Shown here piece by piece: positions 9,209-18,838 of a stretch of DNA of 64,000 nt. The stretch covers positions 12,372 through 76,371 of the forward strand of contig CBFCZO010000003.1 in the NCBI GenBank assembly GCA_965602675.1, written 5' to 3'. The stretch comes from an uncultured bacterium. Lineage in GTDB: Bacteria; Acidobacteriota; DATKUA01. Made by a program: the position numbers and the translations under genes. Position 1 is the stretch's first letter. Every line of letters starts with the position of its first letter. The notes beneath the pieces are model-generated. The model searched no databases, was not told the origin of the DNA, and saw nothing but the letters and a program-made list of their open reading frames with translations.

Positions 9209-10303
9209 TTACTTATCCACTCGCATACGCAGCAGGATATCATGCCAACCGCAGCCGTAAGGTTTCGAGTAGATCCAGAAATAGCCGATGCCGAGTGGGA
9301 TAATTGCAGCGATTAGCGCAAACCAGCGCAGGACAGCCCTGCCGAGTCCGATACCATTCTGATCGGTTGATTTCTGACGCGATACTTGAATTCCGAGTAC
9401 CAACTTGCCCGGAGTCTGGCCGGTCAGCGAGGTGAAGATTACGTAGTAGAGGAAGTGCAGGCACCCGAACATGATGGCCAGCGGAACCAGGGAGGTGCCG
9501 AGGATATCGAGTGCGCCGCGCTCCATCAGCGCGCCGGCTACGAGAATTATCAGTGCTTCAGATGCCAGCAGGACAGTGGCATCGAAGGCTGCGGCCAGCA
9601 AGCGCCTAATGTTCAGCTCATGCGGAATCGGCGGGTCCTGCGCGGCCGTGGGGGCCGGCGCAGCCGCTTCCGGCTCTTCGTCAACTTCCGTAGCTGGGTT
9701 ATGGTCCAGCGGGGTATAGCTATCCAGGGCCACGTCGAGATCGGAAGCAGCAGGGGCCGCCGATTTGACTTCCGGCTGCTTCCGATCCTCAACGGCAGCT
9801 ACGGGTTCGACAATCCGTTCCTGTTCTTTTACCACCGTTTGAATTGGAAACAGCGTCGGTTCTTCTTCTTCGTCGGAGAGTTCCGGCGTTTCGGTTTCCG
9901 CTTCCACGGGGTCTTCATCTTCTTCGAAGGCGGACTCGTCGGAGAACTCTTCCCCTTCCGCCGGAGCGGCGGACTCGTTCTCCCACTCATCTGATACCGA
10001 TTCTGCCGGTAACTCCTCGACCTCCCGGCTCTGCACCACCTCGAGCGCACGGATTTCCGCGAGCGGCTCTTCCTCGTGTTCCTCGACGGGCAAAACAGCG
10101 GCGGCTACGGCCGTCCGCTGGCGGATTTCCCGCTCGCTTTCTTTTTTATCCCTGATGACTTCTATGCGGCGCCGAAGCTCCGCTTTCCAGTCGCTCGTGC
10201 TCACACTTACCCCCTGGTTCGGAAGAGGGCCGCCCCCCCTCACTTGAGAGGGAAAATCTCGTAACACCATCAATAACAGGCACTTATAATACCAAAAAAG
10301 CAT
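9209..10303 (-). CDS. RDD-family membrane protein with long acidic N-terminal region
   Basis: The C-terminal RDD-type domain has RRLLAAAFDATVLLA, GQTPGKLVLGIQV and three TM segments. It is preceded by about 200 aa rich in E, P and A. The start is uncertain (ATG 10303 or 10270, neither with a clear SD). Confidence 0.65.
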   Translation of the reverse strand: MLFWYYKCLLLMVLRDFPSQVRGGGPLPNQGVSVSTSDWKAELRRRIEVIRDKKESEREIRQRTAVAAAVLPVEEHEEEPLAEIRALEVVQSREVEELPAESVSDEWENESAAPAEGEEFSDESAFEEDEDPVEAETETPELSDEEEEPTLFPIQTVVKEQERIVEPVAAVEDRKQPEVKSAAPAASDLDVALDSYTPLDHNPATEVDEEPEAAAPAPTAAQDPPIPHELNIRRLLAAAFDATVLLASEALIILVAGALMERGALDILGTSLVPLAIMFGCLHFLYYVIFTSLTGQTPGKLVLGIQVSRQKSTDQNGIGLGRAVLRWFALIAAIIPLGIGYFWIYSKPYGCGWHDILLRMRVDK

Positions 10304-10367
10304 GAAATATGCAAGCGTGAAGGGTATAACACTTGCCTTGTGCTCAATGCTTTGTTATCAGATTACG

Positions 10368-11432
10368 ATGCCTAAAGAAGAGAAAGAAAAAGCGCGAGCC
10401 GAAGAGCATGCGCACAGAATTATCAGGCGCAGGCTCGGCGTCTCCGAGGGTGACTACATCCTCGAGCCGATGGCCGAGGGTGCATCGAGCAAGCGCTTCT
10501 TCCGAATCTTCTTCACCAAAGCGGGTGCCGTGTCGGTCGTGCTGATGCTGCTCGGTAAACGCTTCCGGGTCGAGAGGACAGACTACTACCAGATCAGCGA
10601 ACTGATGCGGAAGCTCAACCTTCCCATTGCGGCAATCTATGAGAGCTATAATAGCGACGGCGCGATGCTGCTTGAGGATCTCGGAACTACGACTCTCTAT
10701 GACCTGGCAAACGATCTTGGTGACGACGAGGAAACGCTTGAGGAATTCTACCGCAAGGCGATTGATTCGCTGGTTTTGTTGCAGACGCGCGCCGGTCGTT
10801 ACAGCGAGGGCGTAGCCGCGTTCGAGCGCGCCTTCGACGAACGCAAGCTCGGCTGGGAGCTGGGTTTCACGATGAAGCATTTCGCCGGCTCGCTATTGGA
10901 TTACAAACCCGGCCGCCGCGAGAGGAAGATCCTCGACGTGTTCTTCAAGGATGTTTGTACTCTTCTCGCTTCGCTGCCCCGCGTGCTCTGCCACCGTGAT
11001 TATCATAGCCAGAACCTGGTGCCGCGGCGCGACACTCTTTACATCACCGACTTCCAGGATGCCCGCCTCGGCCCCCACGTCTACGACCTGGTTTCGCTGC
11101 TGCGCGACTCGTATGTCGAGCTGAGCGATGCGTTGCGCGCCAGACTGCTACTCTACTATATCGAGCGCCATCCGGAGTTCACTCACAAGGACGCGAACGC
11201 CCTCGCCCATCAATTCGACCTGATGTCGCTACAGCGTCACCTTAAGCACCTCGGCACCTTCGGTTACCAGGCCTCGGTGGGGCGCACCGATTTTCTCCGC
11301 TTCGTTCCGAGGACGCTGGATTATCTTGAAGTCAACCTGCCGAAGTTTCCACAGTATGGTGATGCAGCGAGTGTCCTTCACGAGATGTGCGAGAAGGCGC
11401 GGGTGACCCTCTCCGCGAGAGAGGAGACCTGA
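10368..11432 (+). CDS. aminoglycoside-phosphotransferase-fold kinase, AmgK-like (anomeric MurNAc/GlcNAc kinase family)
   Basis: The catalytic-loop motif HRDYHSQNLV and DFQDARLGPHVYDLVSLLRDSY closely resemble the motifs I recall from AmgK. Start is set at the ATG of MPKEEKEK. Confidence 0.6.
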   Translation: MPKEEKEKARAEEHAHRIIRRRLGVSEGDYILEPMAEGASSKRFFRIFFTKAGAVSVVLMLLGKRFRVERTDYYQISELMRKLNLPIAAIYESYNSDGAMLLEDLGTTTLYDLANDLGDDEETLEEFYRKAIDSLVLLQTRAGRYSEGVAAFERAFDERKLGWELGFTMKHFAGSLLDYKPGRRERKILDVFFKDVCTLLASLPRVLCHRDYHSQNLVPRRDTLYITDFQDARLGPHVYDLVSLLRDSYVELSDALRARLLLYYIERHPEFTHKDANALAHQFDLMSLQRHLKHLGTFGYQASVGRTDFLRFVPRTLDYLEVNLPKFPQYGDAASVLHEMCEKARVTLSAREET

Positions 11433-11436
11433 GGCG

Positions 11437-12366
11437 GTGCTCAACTACGCTCTCCGCCGTGTGCTCGGCGCCGTCCCGACGCTGCTCGGTGTTGCCACTC
11501 TGATTTTCCTGATGATACATCTTGTGCCCGGCGATCCGGTGGAAGCGATGCTCGGCGAATACGCCGCGCCCTCCGCCCGCGAAGAATTGCGCAGCCAGCT
11601 CGGGCTGGACAAACCTCTGCACGAACAGTACCTGGGCTTTCTTGGTGGCTTGGTGACCGGCGATCTCGGCCGCTCGGTCGCGCTGGAAGGAAGGCCAAAG
11701 GTCGCACAGGTGATCGCCGAGGCGTTTCCAACAACAATGATTCTCGCTTTAGCCGCTATGGCGGTGGCGCTGGTGATCGCTTTACCGGCTGGCACGATCT
11801 CGGCCGCGCGCAAAAACACGCTTACCGATTACGCTGTCAGCACCGGGGCGCTTCTGGGCATTTCGATCCCCAACTTCTGGCTCGGCCCTCTGCTGATATT
11901 GCTCTTCTCGATCCAGCTCGGGTGGCTGCCGGTTTCCGGGCTCGAGGATCCCCGGAGCCTTGTACTGCCCGCCCTGACTCTCGGGGCTTCGCTCGCCGCC
12001 GCGCTTACGCGCATGGTGCGGGCTGCGATGACCGAGGAGCTCTCGCAGGACTACATCCGCACCGCACGCGCAAAGGGCCTGCCTGAGTGGCGCGTCGTCG
12101 GGGTGCACGCTCTGCGCAACAGCCTGATTCCGGTTGTCTCCATCGCAGGCCTGCAATTCGGGGCGTTGCTGGCCGGCGCGGTGGTCACGGAGCGCATCTT
12201 TTCAATCCAGGGTATCGGCTTCATCCTGATCGATGCTATCGGGCGGCGCGATTATCCGCTTGTGCAGGGGACGATACTGGTGATCGCCGCCTGCTACATC
12301 GCCGTTAACCTGGCCACCGATCTGATGTACTCGGTCATAGATCCGCGCGTGAGGTACGGGAAGTGA
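11437..12366 (+). CDS. ABC transporter permease, DppB/OppB type
   Basis: The N-terminus is LRRVLGAVPTLLGVATLIFLMIHLVPGDP and the EAA-loop region is YIRTARAKGL. GTG start lies 4 nt after the upstream stop. Confidence 0.85.
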   Translation: MLNYALRRVLGAVPTLLGVATLIFLMIHLVPGDPVEAMLGEYAAPSAREELRSQLGLDKPLHEQYLGFLGGLVTGDLGRSVALEGRPKVAQVIAEAFPTTMILALAAMAVALVIALPAGTISAARKNTLTDYAVSTGALLGISIPNFWLGPLLILLFSIQLGWLPVSGLEDPRSLVLPALTLGASLAAALTRMVRAAMTEELSQDYIRTARAKGLPEWRVVGVHALRNSLIPVVSIAGLQFGALLAGAVVTERIFSIQGIGFILIDAIGRRDYPLVQGTILVIAACYIAVNLATDLMYSVIDPRVRYGK

Positions 12367-13217
12367 GTTTCGGCGGGAACAGATTGGCTCAAGCGGGGGC
12401 GGCGGTGCTCGCCCTGGTTGTGCTTGCCGCTTTGGCCGGACCTCTGCTGCTGCCCGTTTCGCCTCTCGAAATCAACCTGCCAAGCAGGCTGCAGGGGCCT
12501 TCCCTGGAACATCCCTTCGGCTGCGACCAACTCGGGCGCGACATCCTCTCGCGCGTGATTCACGGCGCTCAGGTTTCGCTCTCCATCGGCCTGCTGGTCA
12601 CACTTGTGTCTCTCGTCGTCGGCACCGCTCTGGGAATGTACGCCGGATATCGCGGAGGCTTGACTGACTTGCTGATGAACTGGCTCTTCGACGTGGCCCT
12701 GGCTGTGCCGGGCTTGCTGCTGGCGATCGGCGTAATCGCGGTTTTGGGGCCCAGTTTTTTCAATCTGGTTATTGCGTTATGCGTGATGGGTTGGGTGGGT
12801 TACGCGCGACTGGCGCGCAGCCTGACGTTGAGAGCAAGGGAGGTGGATTACGTCGCCGCAGCGCGCGTCAGCGGTCTCTCATCGCCTCGGATTCTGAAGG
12901 CGCATATTCTGCCCAACATCTCCGCGCCTCTGCTCGTTCAGGCAACAATCGGGATGGCCGGTGTGATCATCACCGAGTCGACGCTGAGTTTCCTCGGGCT
13001 CGGAGGCGAAATCGACGCCCCGAGCTGGGGAGCGATGCTCAACGACGGTCTGGCATACCTGCTTGTCGCGCCGCATCTCACGATCTTCCCCGGAGCGGCG
13101 ATCGCGATCACGGTGCTCGCTCTCAATTTCCTCGGTGACGGCCTGCAGGAAAGACTCGATCCGAGAGCCCGGAAGAGCGAGTTTGCACGTGGCAGCCGTG
13201 CGGTCACTGAACGCTGA
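12363..13217 (+). CDS. ABC transporter permease, DppC/OppC type
   Basis: GTGA overlap with the upstream permease. It contains LGCDQLGRDILSRVIHG and an EAA-loop YVAAARVSGLS. Six TM segments are predicted by eye. Confidence 0.85.
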   Translation: MSFGGNRLAQAGAAVLALVVLAALAGPLLLPVSPLEINLPSRLQGPSLEHPFGCDQLGRDILSRVIHGAQVSLSIGLLVTLVSLVVGTALGMYAGYRGGLTDLLMNWLFDVALAVPGLLLAIGVIAVLGPSFFNLVIALCVMGWVGYARLARSLTLRAREVDYVAAARVSGLSSPRILKAHILPNISAPLLVQATIGMAGVIITESTLSFLGLGGEIDAPSWGAMLNDGLAYLLVAPHLTIFPGAAIAITVLALNFLGDGLQERLDPRARKSEFARGSRAVTER

Positions 13218-13302
13218 GAACTGTTTTCTTGTTCAAAATGATTTTTGTCTCAGGATTGTGATTCAGGTCCGGCTGCAGGGGGGCGCGGCAGGTAATCGTA
13301 AA

Positions 13303-13926
13303 TCAGCCGTGCTGAGCCTCCACGATGCGCCTAAGCTCGGGCAGCGATCCCTGCCAGTTTTTAAGCTGCGTAACCAGCTCGAACTCGAGGGCGTCGGCGA
13401 TTCGTTCACTGTCTTCTTCGCCCTGAGCGCTTACGAGCTCTACCAGCGTTTCCTTTAGGTCGTTTGCCAAGTCGCCCAGTCCCTTGCCATCAGGGCTAAC
13501 CGGCTCCTCTCCGACCATGCCGGTCTGGCGAATGTTCTGAATCAGCTCTATGAGCACCCTCATGCCCTCGATTACGTCGTGGTAGTTCCTGTTACCCTCT
13601 TCCGTTTCGCCCGAACGAAAAAGCTCGACGATTTGCTCGACGCCGGGGATCATCCGCCCCAGGTAGCTTTCGAAGCGAACTAGGATTTCGACCAGTATAT
13701 TCGAGGATTTTTTTGCAGTGATATTGACGGTCTTTTCGGGATCGTAGGCCAGGAGCGAGCCGTCGGTGTAGGTGAAACTCTCAATTTTATCTTCGTCCAC
13801 CTTGACTTCTACGATGACCCACTCTTTCGTGAGGTGTTTCTGCTCAATAGCGGCAACCAGTTCCAGCAACGACTGCGGCTGCTCCTCAACCTCCACATCC
13901 GCTCCATTTAGAATCACGTTTCCCAC
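13303..13926 (-). CDS. hypothetical acidic protein
   Basis: 207-aa ORF with a GTG start and AAGGA 8 nt upstream, on the same strand downstream of holB. No family was recognised. Confidence 0.5.
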   Translation of the reverse strand: MGNVILNGADVEVEEQPQSLLELVAAIEQKHLTKEWVIVEVKVDEDKIESFTYTDGSLLAYDPEKTVNITAKKSSNILVEILVRFESYLGRMIPGVEQIVELFRSGETEEGNRNYHDVIEGMRVLIELIQNIRQTGMVGEEPVSPDGKGLGDLANDLKETLVELVSAQGEEDSERIADALEFELVTQLKNWQGSLPELRRIVEAQHG

Positions 13927-13994
13927 ATTGAAGTCCTTTCTTTATGGACCCAGTGTATCATGCCGACCCCGGGGCAGTAAGGCTCGGCTCGAAA

Positions 13995-15014
13995 TCACTT
14001 GGCGGCGGGGCTGACGAACATTTCCCTGCCACCAAGCATCACACGCTCACAGATTGAGTCGACTCTCACGTTGCGCACCATCGGCTCGCGCATTTCCGCA
14101 ACCAGTGAGAGCAGGCGGGCCAGCTTGCGTGCCGGACGCCCGCGTGCCATATCAACCAACTCTTCCTTGATATCCTCGTTGATGGTCTCCGCTCCGGAGC
14201 CGGCGGAGGCGATCAGCATGAGGTCGCGGATCAGGGCGGAGATCAGCTCGAGACGCGAGTCGAATCGCTCACTCTCTTTACCAAACTTCGCGGCGAGACT
14301 GAAGATCTCGGCAGTGCTCCGCTCTCCCAGCGCCAGGTGGATGAACTTCAACGCTGAAGAGCGCTCCTCCAGATGGCGATCGAGATCAAATCCCAGCGCC
14401 ATGCCGACTGCACCGCGGCTGAGACCGGCCACGGTCAAGGCGCCGTCGGCTTCGAAAAGACCGCGGCGGATCAGCTCATCGGCAAGCAGGTCCCTGGCTA
14501 CAGGCTGGAAGTTGAAGCGCTGGCAGCGGCTCAGGACGGTCGGGAGCAACGAGGCGGGGCTTGCGCTGATCAGGAAGAACACGGCGCCTCCCGGCGCTTC
14601 CTCCAGTGTCTTGAGAAAGGCGTTGGCCGCGCTGGGGTGCATCGCCTCGGCGGGATCGATAATAAAGACCTGCCTGCTGCTGCTGTAGGGGCGTAACTGA
14701 GTGGCGGCAACCAGGTTTCGGCGGACCTGGTCCACCTTGATGAATTTGCCGTCGGGCTCGATGATTCCGAGATCGGGGTGAAAACCCTCGCCTTCAAGAA
14801 GCGTCTCGATCCGTCGGCAGGAATCGCACTTGCCGCAAGGCTCCTTTTCAAAGCTTTCGCACAGGAGAGCGGTCGCGGCGGTCAGCGCCAGAGTGCGCTT
14901 GCCGACGGCTGGCGGGCCGGCAAAAAGGTAAGCGTTGGCGAGCCTCCCGGAGAGAATTGCTGATAGGACGGCGTCCCGTATTAACTCGTTGCCGATGAAA
15001 TCAGTGAACTTCAT
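13995..15014 (-). CDS. holB: DNA polymerase III subunit delta'
   Basis: An AAA+ clamp-loader N-terminus (AYLFAGPPAVGKRTLA) is followed by a zinc-module CGKCDSCRRIE and an SRC motif (LSRCQRF). ATGA overlap with tmk. Confidence 0.8.
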   Translation of the reverse strand: MKFTDFIGNELIRDAVLSAILSGRLANAYLFAGPPAVGKRTLALTAATALLCESFEKEPCGKCDSCRRIETLLEGEGFHPDLGIIEPDGKFIKVDQVRRNLVAATQLRPYSSSRQVFIIDPAEAMHPSAANAFLKTLEEAPGGAVFFLISASPASLLPTVLSRCQRFNFQPVARDLLADELIRRGLFEADGALTVAGLSRGAVGMALGFDLDRHLEERSSALKFIHLALGERSTAEIFSLAAKFGKESERFDSRLELISALIRDLMLIASAGSGAETINEDIKEELVDMARGRPARKLARLLSLVAEMREPMVRNVRVDSICERVMLGGREMFVSPAAK

Positions 15015-15649
15015 TTCTTCTGAACGATTCCAAGTCTCTTAAGTACCAACTCCAGGACATCTCTGGTTACCGCTTCAAGCTCGCGGCTTGAATCGACCAC
15101 CTTGATCCTCTCCGGTTCCTGACGGGCCAGGAGCAGATAACCCTCCCGCACCAGTTTGTGGAACTCCAGTCTCTCGTTCTCGAAGCGGGTATCACCCTCT
15201 GAGGGCCTGCCGCGGGCGCGCTCCAGACCGATCTCCGCCGGCAGGTCGAGCAGGATTGTCAGCGCAGGAATCAGCTCGATGCCTACTGCACGGCTCATCC
15301 GCCGGACTTTGTCGATGCCAATCCCCCGCGCGTGCCCCTGGTAAGCCAAAGATGAATCCTCGAAGCGGTCGCAGAGCACGGTCTTGCCCTCTGCAAGCGC
15401 CGGTTTGATCACCTCTTCGATGTGTTGGCGGCGACTGGCCAGGTAGAGCATCAACTCCACATCCGGAGCCATCATCGTGAATGCCGGATTGAGCAGGGTC
15501 TCGCGGATGGAATCGCCTATCGCGGTGCCGCCTGGCTCGCGCGTTTTGAGACATTCGATTCCGCGCCGTGCAAGCTCCCGGCCGACGTTTATCATCAGGC
15601 CGGTCTTGCCACTCCCCTCTATCCCCTCAAAAGTTATAAAATTACTCAT
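15011..15649 (-). CDS. tmk: dTMP (thymidylate) kinase
   Basis: The P-loop is FITFEGIEGSGKT and a DRF motif is present. ATG 15649 forms an ATGA overlap with the symporter stop and has AGGA upstream. The alternative ATG at 15673 is less likely. Confidence 0.9.
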   Translation of the reverse strand: MSNFITFEGIEGSGKTGLMINVGRELARRGIECLKTREPGGTAIGDSIRETLLNPAFTMMAPDVELMLYLASRRQHIEEVIKPALAEGKTVLCDRFEDSSLAYQGHARGIGIDKVRRMSRAVGIELIPALTILLDLPAEIGLERARGRPSEGDTRFENERLEFHKLVREGYLLLARQEPERIKVVDSSRELEAVTRDVLELVLKRLGIVQKK

Positions 15650-17019
15650 CGGTTCCTTTGGAGAATCCGCCAAAGATAGCTGACGGCAAATAATAAGATC
15701 AAACTCGTAGCCAGTCCACCTGCAGAAACCAATTCGGAGCTCAAACCAGATACCCTCCCCAGAATAACAGCGATTGCTCCGCCCGCCATCGAAGCCGCAG
15801 CTCCGGCCGTGTTCAGCCCGAGACGCTCGCGCCAGAAGCCGAACAGCACGGGCAGGGTGAGCCCTGCGCTGAAGAAAGCATATGCGAAAAGGAAAATATC
15901 GAGCAGGTTTGCGAACAACGTTGCGGTAACAATACCCATCAGCCCGATGACAGCTGTGGCGATTCGCCCCTCCATTGGATTCCGACGGTTGAGGATATCG
16001 CGGGTCAGCACAGTTCCCGCCGTCAGCAGTACCGAGTCGGCCGAAGACATCAGTGTAGCCAACAGGGCGACTATTACCAGGGCGGTTACTGGAGCGGGCA
16101 GGACCTCGAGGGCCAGCTCTGAGAGCACTGAATCGGCGGCGATCCCGCCGGGAAGGATCGTTACGGCAGCGAGGCCGATCAGGCCGATGGCGATCCCGAA
16201 GACTATCTTAATGGCACCCGCTACGAGCGAGGCGGTTCCCGCGGTCTTTTCGTCTCTTGCGCTGAGCAGTTTCGAGTAGATATCCGAGCCGACCAGATGT
16301 GGCAACGCCGTCACGGCGATCAGAGGCAGAACCATCCCCACAGGCATGTCAGGTCCCACTGGAAAGGCCGTTCGTGCGGAGGGCAACGATTCCCACGCGG
16401 CGGCGTAACCCAGCACCGGCGCGGCCACGAGAATGATACCGACAGCCATGAGCAAGAGCTGAAAGATGTCTGTTCGCGCCACTGCAAGCTGCCCGCCCAC
16501 TACCGTGTAGATGATGAAGACTCCTCCGACCGGCAGCAATAACAAAACAGTGTCGGCTCCAATGATCGGTTGCAGCAAGGCTACACAGGAGCGAAGCAGC
16601 AGCGCCAGCCAGCCGATCTGAGCTAGCAGAACAAGAATCGCAGCGATCTTTCTGACCGCGTCGCCGTAGAATTCCCCGGCGATCTCCGGCAACGAGAACA
16701 ATCCCAGCCGCCGCACGCGCGCGGCAAGGAAGAAACCCAACAGAAGCAGTCCGAGACCGCCTGCGAAATCGATCCAGATCGCAGGCAGGCCACGCGCATA
16801 AACCTGGCCGACAACGATGATTGTCGCCGAACCGCCGATGGCGGTCGCCGCGAGAGTTGAGGTGGCAGCCAGCGGACCAAGAGAACGTCCTGCCAAGTAG
16901 AAATCGGCTTCATCGTCACCTTTGCGGCGGGAGAGCAAGCCGAGAACGAAGACAATCAGGAGGTAAGCGATAACCACGGCCAGAACCGCTATCGCCGTTT
17001 CTGGAGTTGGTTTTGGCAT
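15646..17019 (-). CDS. sodium:solute symporter (SSS) family transporter
   Basis: 457 aa with about 12-13 TM helices. The N-terminus has the SSS-like pattern ADFYLAGRSLGP. Substrate is unknown. Confidence 0.75.
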   Translation of the reverse strand: MPKPTPETAIAVLAVVIAYLLIVFVLGLLSRRKGDDEADFYLAGRSLGPLAATSTLAATAIGGSATIIVVGQVYARGLPAIWIDFAGGLGLLLLGFFLAARVRRLGLFSLPEIAGEFYGDAVRKIAAILVLLAQIGWLALLLRSCVALLQPIIGADTVLLLLPVGGVFIIYTVVGGQLAVARTDIFQLLLMAVGIILVAAPVLGYAAAWESLPSARTAFPVGPDMPVGMVLPLIAVTALPHLVGSDIYSKLLSARDEKTAGTASLVAGAIKIVFGIAIGLIGLAAVTILPGGIAADSVLSELALEVLPAPVTALVIVALLATLMSSADSVLLTAGTVLTRDILNRRNPMEGRIATAVIGLMGIVTATLFANLLDIFLFAYAFFSAGLTLPVLFGFWRERLGLNTAGAAASMAGGAIAVILGRVSGLSSELVSAGGLATSLILLFAVSYLWRILQRNR

Positions 17020-17120
17020 CGCGGGATTCTATTGCCGGGCAACGGAAAGCGTCAAGACAAAGCGCCGCTTTGATTGCGCCGAACTCCGGGGCTGACCTAT
17101 AATCACCGCGGGCTTTACTT

Positions 17121-18107
17121 ATGGATATCAAGTCGGGAAAGATTCTGGTCACCGGTGCGGGGGGATTCATCGGCAGCCACCTTGTCGAGGAACTGCTGCT
17201 CAAGGGCTGTGACGTCCGAGCGTTCGTCCACTACAACTCTCGCAATGACTACGGCTGCCTGGAGTACCTCGGGGATCGCCTTGGCGGGATCGAGCTGGTA
17301 AGTGGCGACCTACGCGACAGCGGCACCGTCCGGCGAGCCGTCGAGGGCTGCCGGCTCGTGATGCATCTCGGCGCGCTCGTGGGCATCCCTTATTCCTACC
17401 TCAGCCCCAGGGATGTTTATGACACCAATGTCGGGGGCACGCTGAATGTCCTCGAAGCCGCTCGCGACCACGGTACGGAGCGGATAGTCGTCACCTCAAC
17501 ATCCGAGATTTACGGCACGCCGCTCTACCTGCCGATCGACGAAAAGCACCCGCCTCAGGGCCAGAGCCCGTACGCAGCCAGCAAGATCGCCGCGGACAAG
17601 CTCGCCGAGAGTTTCTTCCTCAGCTACGATCTGCCGGTGGCTGTAATCCGGCCGTTCAACACCTTCGGCCCTCGGCAGAGCGCGCGTGCCATCGTGCCGA
17701 CGATTATCACCCAAGCGCTCTCGGGAGAGAAAGTCAGCCTGGGTTCGCTCGAGCCGTCACGCGATCTTCTCTTCGTCAAGGACACGGCAGCCGGATTCAA
17801 CGTTGTCGCCTCGCATGACAGCGCCGTCGGCAAGGTGATCAACATCGGGACCGGCGGAGATGTCAGTGTCGGCGACCTGGTCGGCCTCGTGGCCAACCTG
17901 CTGGGCAAGCCGCTCGAGGTGATAGAGGATCCTCAGCGCGTGCGGCCGGCGCGCAGCGAGATTCCACGGCTGTCATGCAATTATGCGTTGGCAGAGGAAC
18001 TGCTGGGGTGGGAGCCGAAGTATACTCTGGAGGAGGGACTCGTCGAGACGCTCGACTGGATCAGGGACCATCTCGATAAGTACAAATCCGGTCTCTACAA
18101 TGTCTGA
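17121..18107 (+). CDS. NAD-dependent sugar-nucleotide epimerase/dehydratase (SDR family)
   Basis: Rossmann motif GAGGFIGSHLV, catalytic YAASKIAADKL (YxxxK) and STSEIYG. A TATAAT at 17098-17103 lies upstream. Confidence 0.85.
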   Translation: MDIKSGKILVTGAGGFIGSHLVEELLLKGCDVRAFVHYNSRNDYGCLEYLGDRLGGIELVSGDLRDSGTVRRAVEGCRLVMHLGALVGIPYSYLSPRDVYDTNVGGTLNVLEAARDHGTERIVVTSTSEIYGTPLYLPIDEKHPPQGQSPYAASKIAADKLAESFFLSYDLPVAVIRPFNTFGPRQSARAIVPTIITQALSGEKVSLGSLEPSRDLLFVKDTAAGFNVVASHDSAVGKVINIGTGGDVSVGDLVGLVANLLGKPLEVIEDPQRVRPARSEIPRLSCNYALAEELLGWEPKYTLEEGLVETLDWIRDHLDKYKSGLYNV

Positions 18108-18834
18108 CGCAAAAAGCGGCATCGACGCAGTTATCCTCGCCGGTGGCGAGGGAACGCGGCTTCGTCCCTACGCCGAGCACATTCCAAAGCCGCTGGTGAC
18201 GCTAGAAGGACTCCCGATACTCGAGATCGTCCTGCGTCAACTCGCCCGCTTCGGTTTCAAACGGATCGTTATCACCATCGGTTACGAGGCGCATCTCATT
18301 CGCGCCAATTTCTCCGACGGCAGCCGCCTGGGTCTGGAGCTGATCTATTCAGAGGAGAATTCGCCGCTGGGGACTGCGGGGCCGCTGGGCGGCATCGAGG
18401 GCCTGGCCGATCATTTCCTGGTTCTTAACGGCGACTTGCTGACAACGCTGGATTTCAGCCTGCTCTTCAAAGACCATCTCCGCAGCAAGCCGTTGCTAAC
18501 CATCGCCGCGCACGAGCGCGCTATCCCCGTGGAGTTCGGCATTATCGAAGGCAGCGATCAGGATGTTACCGGATATGTGGAAAAGCCGACCTTGCGTTAC
18601 CGGGTCTCGATGGGGATCTATGCCTTCAGCCGCAAGGTTCTGGAATATATCCAGCCCGGCGTCCGGTTGGACTTTCCCGATCTGGTCCTGCGCTTGCTGG
18701 CAGCGGAAGAAGAGGTCAGATACTTTTCTTTCGACGGCTATTGGCTTGATATCGGCCGGGGGGAGGATTATGAGCGCGCACGCGATGATTTCCCTGGAAT
18801 GAAGAAGGATCTGCTCGGGAAAGATTTCAGGTGA
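18100..18834 (+). CDS. sugar-phosphate nucleotidyltransferase
   Basis: ATGTCTGA overlap with the upstream gene. It has the LAGGEGTRLRPY signature of NTP-transferase (RmlA/ManC-like) enzymes. Confidence 0.8.
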   Translation: MSDAKSGIDAVILAGGEGTRLRPYAEHIPKPLVTLEGLPILEIVLRQLARFGFKRIVITIGYEAHLIRANFSDGSRLGLELIYSEENSPLGTAGPLGGIEGLADHFLVLNGDLLTTLDFSLLFKDHLRSKPLLTIAAHERAIPVEFGIIEGSDQDVTGYVEKPTLRYRVSMGIYAFSRKVLEYIQPGVRLDFPDLVLRLLAAEEEVRYFSFDGYWLDIGRGEDYERARDDFPGMKKDLLGKDFR

Positions 18835-18838
18835 CGGC

